Below, piece after piece: positions 14,125-27,454 of a stretch of 64,000 nt of DNA. The position numbers and the translations under genes were made by a program. Every line of letters begins with the position of its first letter. Position 1 is the stretch's first letter. The notes under the pieces were generated by a model. That model was not told the DNA's origin, made no database searches, and worked only from the letters and a program-made list of their open reading frames with translations. The stretch spans positions 107,136,001 to 107,200,000 of the forward strand of contig NC_043004.1 of the NCBI RefSeq assembly GCF_006345805.1. The letters run 5' to 3'. The DNA is from Octopus sinensis (taxonomy: Eukaryota).

Positions 14125-14325
14125 AGCTGCCAGAATCTTTAGAACATCAGACAAGAGGTTTAGTGGCATTTCTTCCGACTAAGTACTAAGTTCTAAGTTC
14201 AAATTCCACTGAAGTCATCTTTGTCTTTCATCTTTTTGGGGGTCAATAAAGTAAGTACCAAGTTGAGCCCTGGGGTTGATGTAATCAACTATGTCTCCCC
14301 CTAAAGTTGCTGGCCTTGTGTCAAA
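14125..14325 (+). mobile_element. Family B SINE
   Basis: ggtgagctgccagaatc...gtctttcatctttttgggggtcaataaagtaagtacca. Confidence 0.7.
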
Positions 14326-14875
14326 ATTCGAAATCATTTTTATTATCATCATTACATACATCTGTCTATCACAGTCAGAAAATACTTCAGCTCTGAACAT
14401 ATGTTGCGTCTACACATCAGATACTACTCACATGGCCATTGTGTTATCAGTCTGCTAGTCCACTTCTACATTACTTCTGCCCTTTGAGAAAATTAGTTTG
14501 TTATATCTGTTTACGTATCCAGCAAGACTATGTATGCAACTGATTCATTTATACTTTAAATATAGTTCATCTTTGACTCATACAATCAGTATATCATTTT
14601 TAGTCCTGCTCCAAATATTCCTCATTAAAGCTTTGTTCTCTAATGATATGAGCTAGTAGCCATGCATGGGCTTTGTGGAAGACTTAAGTTTTATTGTGAT
14701 TATTGTTGCTACAACTGCTGCAGCTCCTGTTGCTGTACCTTAAAAATATTCGCATGTCCCATCCTTATCGAATTTCAACACTTTACCAAACCTCAAGTCC
14801 TTCACCTTGTTTTGATTCCAAACTGAAATCATTAAAATTTTCTGCTTTTACAACCCTCTTTTCTTTTTCTCTTTT

Positions 14876-15244
14876 CTCTTTTACTTGTTTCAGTCATTTG
14901 ACTGCGGCCATGCTGGAGCACCGCCTTTAGTCAAGCAAATCGACCCTGGGACTTATTCTTTGTAAGCCCAGTACTTATTCTATCGGTCTCTTTTGCTGAA
15001 CCGCTAAGTGACGGGGACGTAAACACACCAGCATCAGTCGTCAAGCAATGCTAGGGGGACAAACACAGACACACAAACATATATACGACAGGCTTCTTTC
15101 AGTTTCCGTCTACCAAATCCACTCACAAGGCATTGGTCGGCCCGGGGCTATAGCAGAAGACACTTGCCCAAGATGCCATGCAGTGGGACTGAACCCAGAA
15201 CCATGTGGTTGGTTAGCAAGCTACTTACCACACAGCCACTCCTG
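14876..15244 (-). mobile_element. Family A SINE, full length, young (CpGs retained)
   Basis: Same structure as 13473-13830. Confidence 0.9.
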
Positions 15245-15300
15245 CACCTCTATTCAATAAATTTCAAGTTTTATGTCAATCACTAAGAAATTATTAATAT

Positions 15301-15548
15301 TACTATATGAGAATGCATAAAAAACACATGGGCATTTCAGACACACCCCAATTTCAGACACACCCCAATTTCAGACACACCCTAATTTCAGACACACCCC
15401 AATTTCAGCAGCACATATACAGGAATAAAGATTTTAGGGCATTAAATCATTTAATATTTCCAGCAACTTCACAAATAGAACTTGTAATGATTTTTTCAGA
15501 TAATTTTTTTTGGGGGAAAAGTGTGCATTATATGCTATCAAATACATA
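15301..15548. mobile_element. Degenerate pogo/Tc1-like MITE containing a 17-bp tandem repeat
   Basis: Left end tactatat...; right end gggggaaaagtgtgcattatatgctatcaaatacata resembles TACCGTATTT-type MITE termini. Confidence 0.4.
15334..15408. repeat. 17-bp tandem repeat (atttcagacacacccca) x ~4.4
   Basis: Directly visible; one unit carries a c>t change. Confidence 0.95.
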
Positions 15549-15899
15549 TTTGGATTACAATTCCTGTAACATCATTGTTGCTTGGGTCTTTTAGAAAGAA
15601 ATATGAAAGAAATAAACATCCCCACAAATTAGCGAAAGAGTTCAGGTCGATGTAATTGCTTTATAAGTTAGTAATAACAGCTAAATGTGTCTAAAATCAT
15701 ATTCCACTGTCTGTAAACAAAGTGCACAGGATTATAAAATTTAGATATATTGAAAAAAAGACTAGGTGGTCACAGCTGGAAAACCTTTCATCATAGATTT
15801 GCTTAATCAGATCTAACCTGGAGCTTATCAACAACAATATCAGTATGGCTTTGCAATTGTGTGGTTTCAGATCAATTCCCACTTACTTTGGCAAGCATC

Positions 15900-16110
15900 T
15901 TTCTTTTCTACTCTAGGCACAAGGACCAAAATTTTGGGGGAAGGGGGCCAATTGATTAGACCAACCCCAGTAAGCAACTGGTACTTAATTTATCAACCCC
16001 AAAAGGATGAAAGACATTGGTGGAATTTGAACTCAAAATGTAAAGACAGACAAAAGACCCCTAAGCATTTCACCCGGCGTGCTAACGATTCTGCCAGCTC
16101 GCCGTCTTGG
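15900..16110 (-). mobile_element. Family B SINE
   Basis: Reverse complement of the family B consensus. Confidence 0.8.
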
Positions 16111-17075
16111 GCAAGTATCCTTCTACCACAGCCCTTGAGCCAACCAATGTGTTGGTTAGTGAATTTGGTCAATGGAAACTGTGTGGAAGCCTCTCATATA
16201 CTCATATATATATATATATATTCAACTAATATATATATTAGTAAAATATATATTCATACGGCGGTGCATCAGCATGGCCGGAGCTCTGAGCTGAAACTTT
16301 AATTAAAAAAAAATTTTTTTTAATAAATATATATATATATACTCTCCAAGGTGGTGCTCCAGCATGACCACAGTCTAGTGACTGAAACAAGACACACATA
16401 TGCACAGATTGTGTTTGTGTCTGTGTTTATTTCAGCACCAGCACTACCACTGCTTGACAGCTGGTGTTGGTTTATTTATGCCCCTGTAACTTAGTGGTTT
16501 AGCGAAAGAGGCCAAGAGAATAAGTAACAGACTTAATAAGTAGTGGGGGCAATTTGCTCAACTAAAGCCCTTTAAAGCAGTGCCCCACTATGGGTAACAG
16601 TGTAATAACTGAAACAAGCAAAAGATCAAAGATCCCTACATTTGTTAAAACTGTCATTTATGTTTATATAACAGAAAAACAGGTAGAGGTGTGACACTAA
16701 TATTTTGTTGTATTTAGTCCAACGTTAACACAGTTTTTAGTACTTGTCCTACAGTGGTTTACTTTGCTCTTTATTACTCAACAAACTTATTAAAATGAGA
16801 ACCAGTAAAATAAGATCAGTAAGATAAATTCTATTGATTGCCCCCCCGCCACTCCCTCACAAAAGAAATCATTATTTTATTGTTACAGACAACACTTAGA
16901 ATGTGTTTTCTTTTCTTTCTCTCATTTATTTTTTTAATATACACATACTTTGCATGCTATCATGGGTATAATTTCTTTTAAGATTGGATATAAGTATGTG
17001 AATCGCTGATGATTTTATGTGTGAGTGTGTGCCATGTGGATAAGCAAGGACTCTAAACAAGTGTACAGGATTTTC

Positions 17076-17453
17076 TGTGGTTAAGAAGCTTGCTGTCCAA
17101 CCATGAGGTCTTGAGTTCAGTCCTACTGCATGGCACCTTGGTTAAGGGTCTTCTACTATAGCCCCAGGCCAACCAAAATCTTATGGGTGGATATGGTAGA
17201 CAGAAGCTGAAAGAAGCCAGTCATGTGCATATGTGTACCCATGCTTTGACAACATTTGAGAGTTTTTAAACAAACATTACCATCATGCACGTGGTGTCGT
17301 TTGTTTCTAGTCTCTGTCCATGGGAAACATCTTGCTTGGAAACAAGTGAAGGTTAGCAATAGGAAGGGCATCCAGCCATAGAAAATCTGCCTCAACAAAT
17401 TCCATCTGCCCCATGCAAGCAAGAAAAATGAACATTAAATAATGATGGTGATG
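17076..17453 (+). mobile_element. Family A head + RTE-related tail composite SINE
   Basis: tgtggttaagaagcttgc...ggcaccttgg...aggaagggcatccagccatagaaaatctgcctcaac...aatgatggtgatg. Confidence 0.8.
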
Positions 17454-17979
17454 CTTGAGGAGAAATGCATGCTTTTAATTCGCATCTGAACATTTTGTCC
17501 ACCAACATCACCATCATTGCCCTCTTTTTTTATCCTTCTTTTCTTTTTATAAGAACAATCATTATAGATATAGTTGGCAGAAACAGCAGACCGCCAGCTT
17601 AAATACTTTGTGATGTTTAGTCATATCCTTTTGTGTTTGTAGTTCAAATCACACTAAAGTTAGTAGTTCAAATCCCTGCCTTCCATCATTATGGGTTGGT
17701 AAAGTAAGCATCTGTTAAATACTAGGTTCAATTAAATTGTCAGCAAAATCTTTCTCCAAACTTTGCGGTGTTGCTAGAAAACATAATAGCTCTACCTTTT
17801 ATGATTGATAGGCACCATTATGCAGTAGAAATTCTTGGTGAATCCATTTCAAAAATGCATTTTGATTTCTACTAGGCTCTCTAAACTAATTACACTCATT
17901 AGCTATCAAGGACTTGACAAAGAAAAAAACATTAAAACTTCCCACTTCAGTTTTATCTAAAATGCTCATCCTTATTAAG

Positions 17980-18180
17980 ATGGTGAGGTAGCAAAATCAT
18001 TAGCATGGTAGGTAAAACTCTCAGTGGCATTTCGTCCATCTTTACATTCTGAGATCAAATTCAACAGAGGTCAACTTAGCCTTTCATCCTTTCAGAGTCG
18101 ATTAAATAAGTACCAGTTGAGCACAGGGGCCAATATATTTGATTACCTCTAAATTTCAGGCCTTGTGCCAAAAGAAAAAA
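17980..18180 (+). mobile_element. Family B SINE
   Basis: gcctttcatcctttcagagtcgattaaataagtaccagttg. Confidence 0.8.
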
Positions 18181-18634
18181 AGGACTGTTATTATCATCAT
18201 CACAATCCCACATACCCCTCACACATTATTTCGGCAATTTGTCCAAGTAATATCCCTGTCATCCTTGTGGCAAATTGTTATCAGAGGATTACACTAAATG
18301 GTTTTTGTGCTTGTTTTTTTTTTTTTAATTAATTGTATGTCTTTAATTATTTGCATAATTTTCTATTCATTTCATGTGTTTCATTTACATCATGTTATCA
18401 TCATCATCAGAATCCCAGTGATAAAAGTAGCATAAACACTGAAAAGTCAGTCCAGATGCTTTTTCTGTCTAAAACAGAACTCAATAAGATTAAGATATTT
18501 GGCTTTCATCTCTTTGTTTTTAATAGACTAATGGCTCTCAACTGTAAATGTTTCATTATTTAAAGTATTTCATAAATTTTTCAAACAACAAAGTGACTTT
18601 GTTCATAGCTGGAACAACAAACAATTTACAATTA

Positions 18635-18835
<201 letters not shown>

Positions 18836-19239
18836 TTATAAGTGCTTTTTGAGAATCATAGCAAAATCTTGAAGGCTTAAAGGTTTTCATCATACGTCTA
18901 CTTACAAAGACATACAATAACAATAAAATGAATTGATAAAATGAATTGAATTGTGTTCTTGCAACCAGAAAATATGGCATTACTGTCATAAGTCTTGGAA
19001 CTCATAGAACTAGATACCCAGTTTCCATGGCATGTAAGTGACCAAGATCACAACATGCCCACTGAACTGGATTCCACTCCATAGCAAGGTTACTCACTCA
19101 CAGATGAGCAATGTGAAATTAACTGCTTTAAGAACACAATGCACCATCTGATCTAGGAACTGAAATCACAATCTTGTGATAAGTGCAACACATCTTCCCT
19201 CAGGAAATGTAGGTGGATGTAAAATTGTCTCTGGAACTG

Positions 19240-19400
19240 CTTTCATATTTGCTTCTTCTACCGACTTATATTCGAGCCCACCCTACTCCATGACCAATGC
19301 TGACATTAGTTATCAATATACATTCATGCTCTAGTAGGTAACTTCTGACATGAAAACAATCCACTACCTTCATATGCTTGTCCCATATAAGGTCTACTAC
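19240..19400 (-). mobile_element. Highly decayed RTE-clade LINE fragment
   Basis: MKVVDCFHV...GVGWARI resembles EVVDSF.YL...GW.KF. Confidence 0.35.
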
Positions 19401-19601
19401 AACTACTCCAATCACTATATACAGTATTGGATGGTATATAAAATGCACAAAAAAAAACAACAACACAGGCCCTATATGTGAAGTTGGGCTTTTCATAAGC
19501 TTTTAAGCACTAAAAACTTTCTTTCCTAAATATGCAATCCTAAAACTAGAATTCCTCTGATATGACTGCATCTTCTATGTTATCAAATATGGTGCTCTTT
19601 T

Positions 19602-19811
19602 ACTCTTTTACTTGTTTCAGTCATTTGACTGTGGCCATGCTGGAGCACCACCTTTAGTCGAGCAAATCGACCCCTGGACTTATTATTTGTAAGCCTAGTA
19701 CTTATTCTATCGATCTCTTTTGCCGAACCGCTAAGTTACAGGAACATAACACACCAGCATTGGTTGTCAAACGATGTTTGGGGGGGGGGGGGCAAACACA
19801 GACACACAAAT

Positions 19812-19842
<31 letters not shown>

Positions 19843-19875
19843 CTACGGGCTTCTTTCAGTTTCTGTCTACCAAAT
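19602..19875 (-). mobile_element. Family A SINE, 5'-truncated
   Basis: Tail 1 plus (TA)n plus part of the core. Confidence 0.85.
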
Positions 19876-21574
19876 TTTCATCCTTTATTCTGAACTCATG
19901 GCAACACTACTTCAATCTAGCTAAGGCTCTGTTTCTATTACCTTAACATTACTATGAAGCTCTCAACACTGAACTCCCATCAAACCACTGTCATCCAATA
20001 ATCTTTATTCAGCTCCAATTGTTTTTTCATCACTCTATATTATAACAAACATCGATTGGTTTAATTTCCTGTAAATCTATAAACATTGATCTTACTTGTA
20101 TAAATAGTTGGATAAAGTTGGATGCCTTCTAAAAATTAATAAGTGCATGAGGCATAAGGTGACGCCTATATTGTATGATCCAAACTAAACAAGAGTACCA
20201 TTCACAGATGAGACAGAACATCTGCTACCCCCCACTAACACCCTATGTCACACTCCACCCAAAGCTATCTGACTGGCAAACCTTTACTCACCCAATGAGG
20301 GAGCATCCACACAGTCACCTGACCTACTTGAAATAGCTAAATTTCCTCCAAATTGAACCTTATCATCGTGAAAGGGATGGGATACATTGAATAATATAGA
20401 CCTAGACACACTAAATCTGAAAATAAGAAAGAGTGGTTACAGCTAGAATGCTTTTAATCATACATCTGCTTGCTCAGAGCTGACCTGAGTTAAACAACAA
20501 ACTCATCTAAATGTGTCCTTTTTGTACCACTTTTAGCATTATTACAATGGTTTCTGACCCACTGAACAAGCCAAGATGTGCACCTGTTTTCCTGGTTCAA
20601 CCTGTCTGTTGTACCCAGCTCCTTGCTATTCTTTCCCACAACTGGACTCTTTCGAATGTTTTTCCTACTCAAATTTCCTTCCCCAACATCAACCCACAAA
20701 TGTATAAACTAAAAACCAACTTTAATAATCTTACTTATCAGAGAAGGCCTCCAAAGGCTTATGCGTACCAGCCCACTTCTTTAGACTACTTTTATTTATT
20801 TATTATTTTTTTTTTTATACATCAATCTTGAAGTAATGGTAACATTTTGATATTAGAAAGAAATTAGTTACATTTTGAGGCAGGACTGTTGCAGGATAAA
20901 TGTAAACTTCAACAAGCTACGTATGTAAACTGTTCTCATTTCCTGGATAGTCATGTCATTTCATTTACATAGCTAATGTCCTTGACAAAATACACTAACA
21001 TCATATTTCTTCTCTCTTGTGATGGATGGGGCTTAGATATATTTTATAAATACATGGAAAAAAAATTAGTTCAGGCTGCAAAACATACACAAAACATACA
21101 TTGTGACCTGAAGACTCAAATATTATTGGCAAACATTCCTATCTTCTAACATGCTATATTGAGAGCTGGTGACATTCTATTTTAGGAACCAAACACAATC
21201 AGCAAATCTATCAGAGAGAAAATAAGAGAATAAGTTGGAGAGGTAGAGTTCTGCACACCCAATACAGAGTCTCTACACCATCATATTAAAATGTGACTAT
21301 AAATAGAGTAAAACTATAATTATATATATGCATCTGATGTGTGACTGAAAATATGTAGTATTTGTGCATAGGTTTAATATCTTTGTACGTATTTGTTTGG
21401 TTCGTGCAATACTGCTGTTTGTGCATAACACATGTGGGACGTTTGCTTGTTACAAGTATTTGCGTAGGACATTTGCCTATGGAGCTGAAGGTCTACTTGC
21501 TTATAAACTATGCACGCATCTCTGTGTAGACTGTCTGTATGTGCGTGAATGTAGACTGTAGACTATTTCTCTAT

Positions 21575-21767
21575 TTCAGAAGTGTGTGTGTGTGTATGTG
21601 TAGTGTGTGTGTGAGTGAGGCATGGGCACAATGTACATATAGATAGAAAGTGTGTGTGTGTGTGTATGTGTACATGCATGTGTGTGCATGTAGAGTGTGT
21701 ATTTATGTGAACATAGACAGACTGACTGACAAATAGAGATATGTAGAGCATGGGTACACGTGGAATG

Positions 21768-21803
<36 letters not shown>
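21575..21803. repeat. Compound (TG)n...(CA)n microsatellite block
   Basis: (TG)-rich 21575-21700 followed by (CA)n at about 21770-21802. Confidence 0.9.
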
Positions 21804-21805
<2 letters not shown>

Positions 21806-23221
21806 ATCAACAACAATAAAACATCTCATTAGATGCATCTTCGGTTCTTTGCAGAAACATGAAGTCAGTCTAAACAATGACTCAGTTCTCCAAGACAAGC
21901 CAGCCTGTTCACATCTTTATCTGCCAAAACCCAACATAAAGCTGCTGCTGCTGCTGCTGCTACCACCACCACCACAACCACTACCACTACCATCATCTGG
22001 CTGTCAAATACCCAACCTATTTTCAAACCACACTGCTTCTTTTCATTCATTCTCTTATCACATACATATTAAGCCTTCACTTTTATTCCTCAAAGTGTCA
22101 TTTCTCTTTCACATCCCTGAAAAAAATAAATCCTTTCACCACACTCCCCCCCCCCACCACCACCACCACAACCACCATCAAGTATTAAGGATTTCTAACA
22201 TTGGCACAAGACCAACCACACTCCTTCCTGCACCACCACCACCACCACCACCAAGTAGTAATAAATGATAACACACTTCAACATTTAGTGAGCTGCCCTT
22301 TCCTGTCTTTGTCCATCTATTGAAATATTAATTGATGATTATGTGTCCATGGAGATGGGAAACGCTATTAATCCCTTTAAGTTTTAAATATTTTTTCATC
22401 ACCACCACCACCACCACCACCACCGCCATCACTCTTTTCTTTTCAACCCAAACCACCACCACCACCACCACCACCAAACATAATTTGACGCATTGATACT
22501 CACTTGTACATCAATCACATCAAAAATGAAACACAAATACATTAGAAACTGTGAACCTTAATATTTAACATTTGATGCACCCACCTCCGATCCCATCTAC
22601 AACTAAAAACTGCTCCAACAACACTCAGTGACTGGCAGCCACACCGAAACTGACCTTTGGGAGTATTATTAAAATAAAGGTCAAGACATTTCTACTGATC
22701 TCTGGAAGCCTGTTAATAATGGTATTGATGTTATTTCACACACATCTTAAACTGCTGGCATCATTTCCTCACCAGTCACAGATCCCTTGATGATGATGAT
22801 GATGATGATGATGATTATGATGAAAGCATTACCATTATTATCAATACCCTAAGTTTCTTTGGGTTTTGCCTTTTTTTTTCTTTTTTTCCAAATAAAATAA
22901 CTGGTTTAGTCTTCTTGCACAACAACTCTTCAATTATCTATTTCATGCAGAAGTCCACAACATTCTGGTATTTCAAAATATTTCATGGTCTACTTAATCT
23001 GTGTCATACATCTCATTCATACACAAACCAATATTTGTTACATTGTTATTTATTCAATTCATATGCTTCCAGCCTATCTTGCAAGGTACGAGTTATACAT
23101 GTGCATGTGTGCGCATACACACACACACGATCACATTTAGAAGACCCACTACAACTGATCCACACCTGATATCTTCATTTACAATACAGTGATATATGCA
23201 ACATAATGCAAGACACATGCA

Positions 23222-23650
23222 CAGGCATGGCTGTGTGGTTAAGAGGTTTGCTTCCCAACCATGTAGTCTTGGGTTCAGTCCTACTGCATGATACCACGGG
23301 AAAGTGTTTTCTACTTTAGCCCCAGACCAAACAAAGTCCTGTGGGTGAATTTGATAGATGGAAACTGAAAGAAGCATATGTGTGTGTGTGTGTGTGCATG
23401 CACATGTGCACGTGTACCCACGTCTAGACATCATGTGATGGTTGTAAATGAGCATCACTGTCATACAAGGGGTATTTGTTTCTAACCTTCCAAAAAAGAC
23501 ATGCCTGGCTACAGGGAAATATCAATTGTATGGAAACAGCCAAGGGTTGGTGAGAGGAAGAGCATCCGGCTGTAGAAGATCTGCCTCAACAAATTGTCTG
23601 ATGCATGCCAGCAAGGAAAAGTGGATGTTAAAATATGACGAGGATGATGA
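23222..23650 (+). mobile_element. Family A head + (TG)n + RTE-related tail composite SINE, full length
   Basis: Complete head, core, microsatellite and tail order. Confidence 0.8.
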
Positions 23651-23662
23651 CAGTCAAGAGTG

Positions 23663-23703
<41 letters not shown>

Positions 23704-24374
23704 CCTCCGCTTAAGATCTAAATCTGAATTCTCTTGAGAGAATAAAGCTGACAATATTGAAATGTTCCAATAGTTTATTGCAGTAAGATTAACTAAGTCT
23801 AAAAGATGACATAAAGAGAACATTAATTAAACATAAAATTAAAAGCTCTTTTCAGTCGAGGACAAGCAGAAATACTACAATTTTATTTTCACACTAAAAT
23901 CATATTTTTATATACTTTCTATCTCTTGGCAGCCTTCTTTACATTTCAACCCATTGAACAGGTCTTGCAGTTTATATACGCAAAGCAAAAAGGTTATACA
24001 AATGCTTAACTTATTTATAGAAGTGTTTACAGTTAGAATAGTTATATATAGTAGTTATTACGTTGCGCTGCCAGCTAGCCGCGCAGGGTAGAAAAGATAA
24101 AATTTTAAAAAACAGATTACATTAGTCAAAGAAGAGAAGTGAAAAAGGCCCTTTCCTAAAGAAGACCCCTTTTAGGAACAGTGCAATTTACTTTTTTAAA
24201 TAACTTTACTGAACTAATTTTTGTTGATACAGGCCAGTCTTGTAAAGCAGTCGTTTAGTTCTTCTAAAAGGTTAACTTACTAAGAGCATTTAGAATAAGT
24301 AATGTCTTATAACTAGTCTGTAAATAGCGAACAAAAGAACATACAATGATATTATTGTTGTTGTTGTTGTTGTT

Positions 24375-24599
24375 AAGGCAGTGAGCTAGCAGAATCATTA
24401 GCATGCCGGGCGAAATGCTTAGCAGTATTTCATCTGCCACTATGTCCTGAGTTCAAATTCCATTGAGGTCAACTTTGCCTTTCATCCTTTCAGGGTCAAT
24501 AAATTAAGGACCACTGAAATATTGGGGTCGATGTAATCGACTAACAAACCCACCCACCCCTCACTCCGAATTTCAGGTCTAGTACCTATAATAGAAAGG
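24375..24599 (+). mobile_element. Family B SINE (tRNA head, Meta-domain-like gcctttcatcctttcagggtcaataaattaag)
   Basis: aaggcagtgagctagcagaatcattagc...gagttcaaattcc...; preceded by (TTG)n and followed by (ATT)n. Confidence 0.85.
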
Positions 24600-24697
24600 A
24601 TTATTATTATTATAATTATAATTATTATTATAATTATTATAATTATTATAATTATTATAATAATAATAATTATAATTATTATTATTATTATTATTAT

Positions 24698-24744
<47 letters not shown>
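24600..24744. repeat. AT-only (ATT/ATA)n trinucleotide tract
   Basis: About 48 triplets, all ATT or ATA in one register. Confidence 0.95.
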
Positions 24745-24950
24745 GGCAGTGAGCTGGCAGAATTGTTAGCATGCTGTGCAAAATGCGTAAGATCATATCA
24801 TCTATGTTCTGAGTTCAAATCCCACTGAAATCAATATTGCCTTTTGTCCTTTCAGGGTCAATAAAATAAGTATCAGTCAAGCACTGGGGTCAATGTAAAC
24901 AACTTACCCCCTCCCCCGAACTTGCTGGCCTTGTGGCCAAATTTGAAAGC
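24743..24950 (+). mobile_element. Family B SINE, second tandem copy
   Basis: Same consensus, directly after the (ATW)n tract. Confidence 0.85.
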
Positions 24951-24954
24951 AATA

Positions 24955-25235
24955 CTATTATTTCATATACACTCAACAGATTAGACTGTTGGAAAAGAAA
25001 AATTCCTAAGATCAGGCAACAACAAGTAACCTTAGATGCCAAGAACCTTCCTAAGTATCCTAGCGGTCCCTAATAACACTGTTTTCTGGAGCTATACTAA
25101 ACTGGGTTTTATGGCTATTTCTTCTATCCAATGTTCAAATCTTTAGGGATAGTTCCCAATGCACCTATAACTACAGGAATACATTTTACCTGCACTTTCC
25201 ATAGTTTCTGTAACTCAATGGCTAGGTCCTGATTA
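24955..25235 (-). mobile_element. 3' fragment of an RLE-type (R4/Dong-like) non-LTR retrotransposon
   Basis: QDLAIELQKLWKVQVKCIPVVIGALGTIPKDL...GTARILRKVLGI* (25232 to 25032) is typical of the C-terminus after the restriction-like endonuclease. A short 3' UTR ends in an AAT-like tail; the 5' end abuts trinucleotide repeats. Confidence 0.75.
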
Positions 25236-25245
25236 TAATCATCAT

Positions 25246-25276
<31 letters not shown>

Positions 25277-27454
25277 GTGTATTGGCAGAATACAAATATA
25301 AGCTTTGCATGATTTACTGCAGCTCTCTGCATCCTGATTTCAAATCTCAACCATGTCAGCTTTGCCTTTCATCTTTTCGGAATTGATAAAGTACCAGCCA
25401 AGTATTAGGTGGTACTTGTATTTTTTTCCTTAGAGTTGATAGAGTGACGAATTATTAAAGCATTGTGGTATTTGTTCTGGATCTTTACAATATGAGTTCA
25501 AATCCCACTTAGGTTTATCTTTCTGGACTCACGGCAATAAATAAAGAGGCAGTCAAGTACAGTAATTGATTTACTTTTGTGACACCTGAAACCACCTGAA
25601 ACCACCCCTGGTTCTAGGATACAAATTTCCTGATTTGAAGTGATTGAGACAAAAACTTTCCCTCAAAATTTCATGTAAATTTGTATCCCAAAAACCAGCT
25701 GAATTACAAAAGTGTGTCACTAAATTCTTCAATATTTTCAAAACATTTTTAAACAAAAGCAGAATGTTATGAAAGAAATATGTTAACAAAAGGGTTAAAT
25801 CAACTTTCCCCTATCTCCAAATTTCCAACATTGCCCTTCTGTTAGAAAAACTATTAGTAGCAAGCAGGTAGAACCATGAAAGTGTCCGACAGAAAGATCA
25901 AATTTGCCTTGCATCCATTTAGAGTCAATAAAATAAACTACAAGTAAAGTACAGGGGTCAACAACAACAACTAACCCTGTTCCTTTAAGACTGCTGGCCT
26001 TGTACCTCAATTAGAACCATTTTGGTTTATTCTTATTCTTATTATTATTATTATTAATTAGCTATGTCCAGTTGTAATTCACCTTTAGCCAAAAGGTAAT
26101 TTCAAGTTTGTTTATTTAATTAGAACTGTTAGGAAGATATCAACACGGTATTGAAGTATTGTTTGAATAATAGAAGCAAGCAACAAAAAAGAAAACAAAT
26201 CTTTTTTTTTAATTAAATGAGAGAAAATTACAAATTTTCTTCTCAGTCTAATTAAGAATGAAAAAACAAAGCAGTCAGAAATAAACATGATTTATCAGAC
26301 AGCTATTGTTTTGAGCAATCACATAGAAATTAATGGCTAGGTTCATTCCAGCTAAGCTCCAGGCTTGAAACCAAAATTGTGAGGCCACAAAATTAGATAT
26401 CACAAAAACCAGCTCTATGCAACCAACACAACCTTTTGATAAACAAATTGCTAGATTTTCTAATTACACTATTAATACTTTCTCCTACCCTTATTTTTAA
26501 CTTCTACACTAAAACACAATAGAGTGTAATTGAAGTCAAAAAAGGAGCCTCTATATAATCACTCAACCTGTTTTTGTCTTTTCCTCTCGGACACCTTTGG
26601 GTCTCCATTTAAGATTTTGTTGCTATAATTCATCTGCAGTTAAATTGGTTATACTTCTAAAATGCACAAAATATTTAAATTTTTTTATACAGTTCCTAAT
26701 ATTTAATTATAAAAATATATATTTTTTTTAAAAATCAAATGGCTCTGACGTTCCATCTGAGTAAAATAGAAATCAAAGGGGATCCGTAGACAAAAAAACG
26801 GCTGAGAATCATTAGTCTGCAAGAAGTGTTTATGCCCATGGCTGTTACAAACTCTGCAAGACTTGGGAGATCTACAGAATCAATGTTTTTCCTTAACAGC
26901 TACACGTCAGACAGATTCTAAAAAAATGTGTAGAGAGTGAATTGCAGAAGGTCAACGTTCCCGAGAAGCCGTAGGTCATGTTGATTAGTGTAAGGGGCTA
27001 GGTTTGGGGACACAATATGGATGAGAAGAGGAAAGACAAAGGAGCTGAAAGTGTTTGAGTGGAGGTGGGGGTGAGACTAACAAGTGTCAAGGAGCAGGCC
27101 ACCACTACAGTAGCAGGAAAAATGGCAGAAAGAAGATATGTGATTTTTGTGGATCAGAGGTCAGAATGTGTTGGTGAGTAACTTGATGCCAATCAGTAGG
27201 ATGGGCTTTCTTTGGATGTGTAAGTAGCATTAGCACCTTCCTAGATGTTGTATATTACTTTGCAGAAAATTAGTAGTTGCTAGGGCTGAAATATTTTTGA
27301 GCTTTGAAGAGAAAGGCCAGTTTTTACTGAAGATATGCATTTGGCAGGAAAAATCTCCAGTGATATGGACAAGGTTCTTGTTGCATGCTGTTTATATGTG
27401 TGCAGAGGTAGGGTTCTTAACAGAAATAGCAGCTAAGCGTCCAGTAGTCCAGGT

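Noticed and set aside
14880-14915. Family A tail end cagtcaaatgactGAAACaaGTA resembling the 3' half of a hammerhead
   Set aside because: No CUGANGA core upstream; more likely a LINE-recognition stem-loop.
21750-22268. 172-aa ORF with poly-L/P/H runs
   Set aside because: Concatenated (CA)n, (CTG)n and (CCA)n microsatellites.
24482-24796. Poly-Ile ORF
   Set aside because: Product of the (ATT/ATA)n tract between two SINEs.
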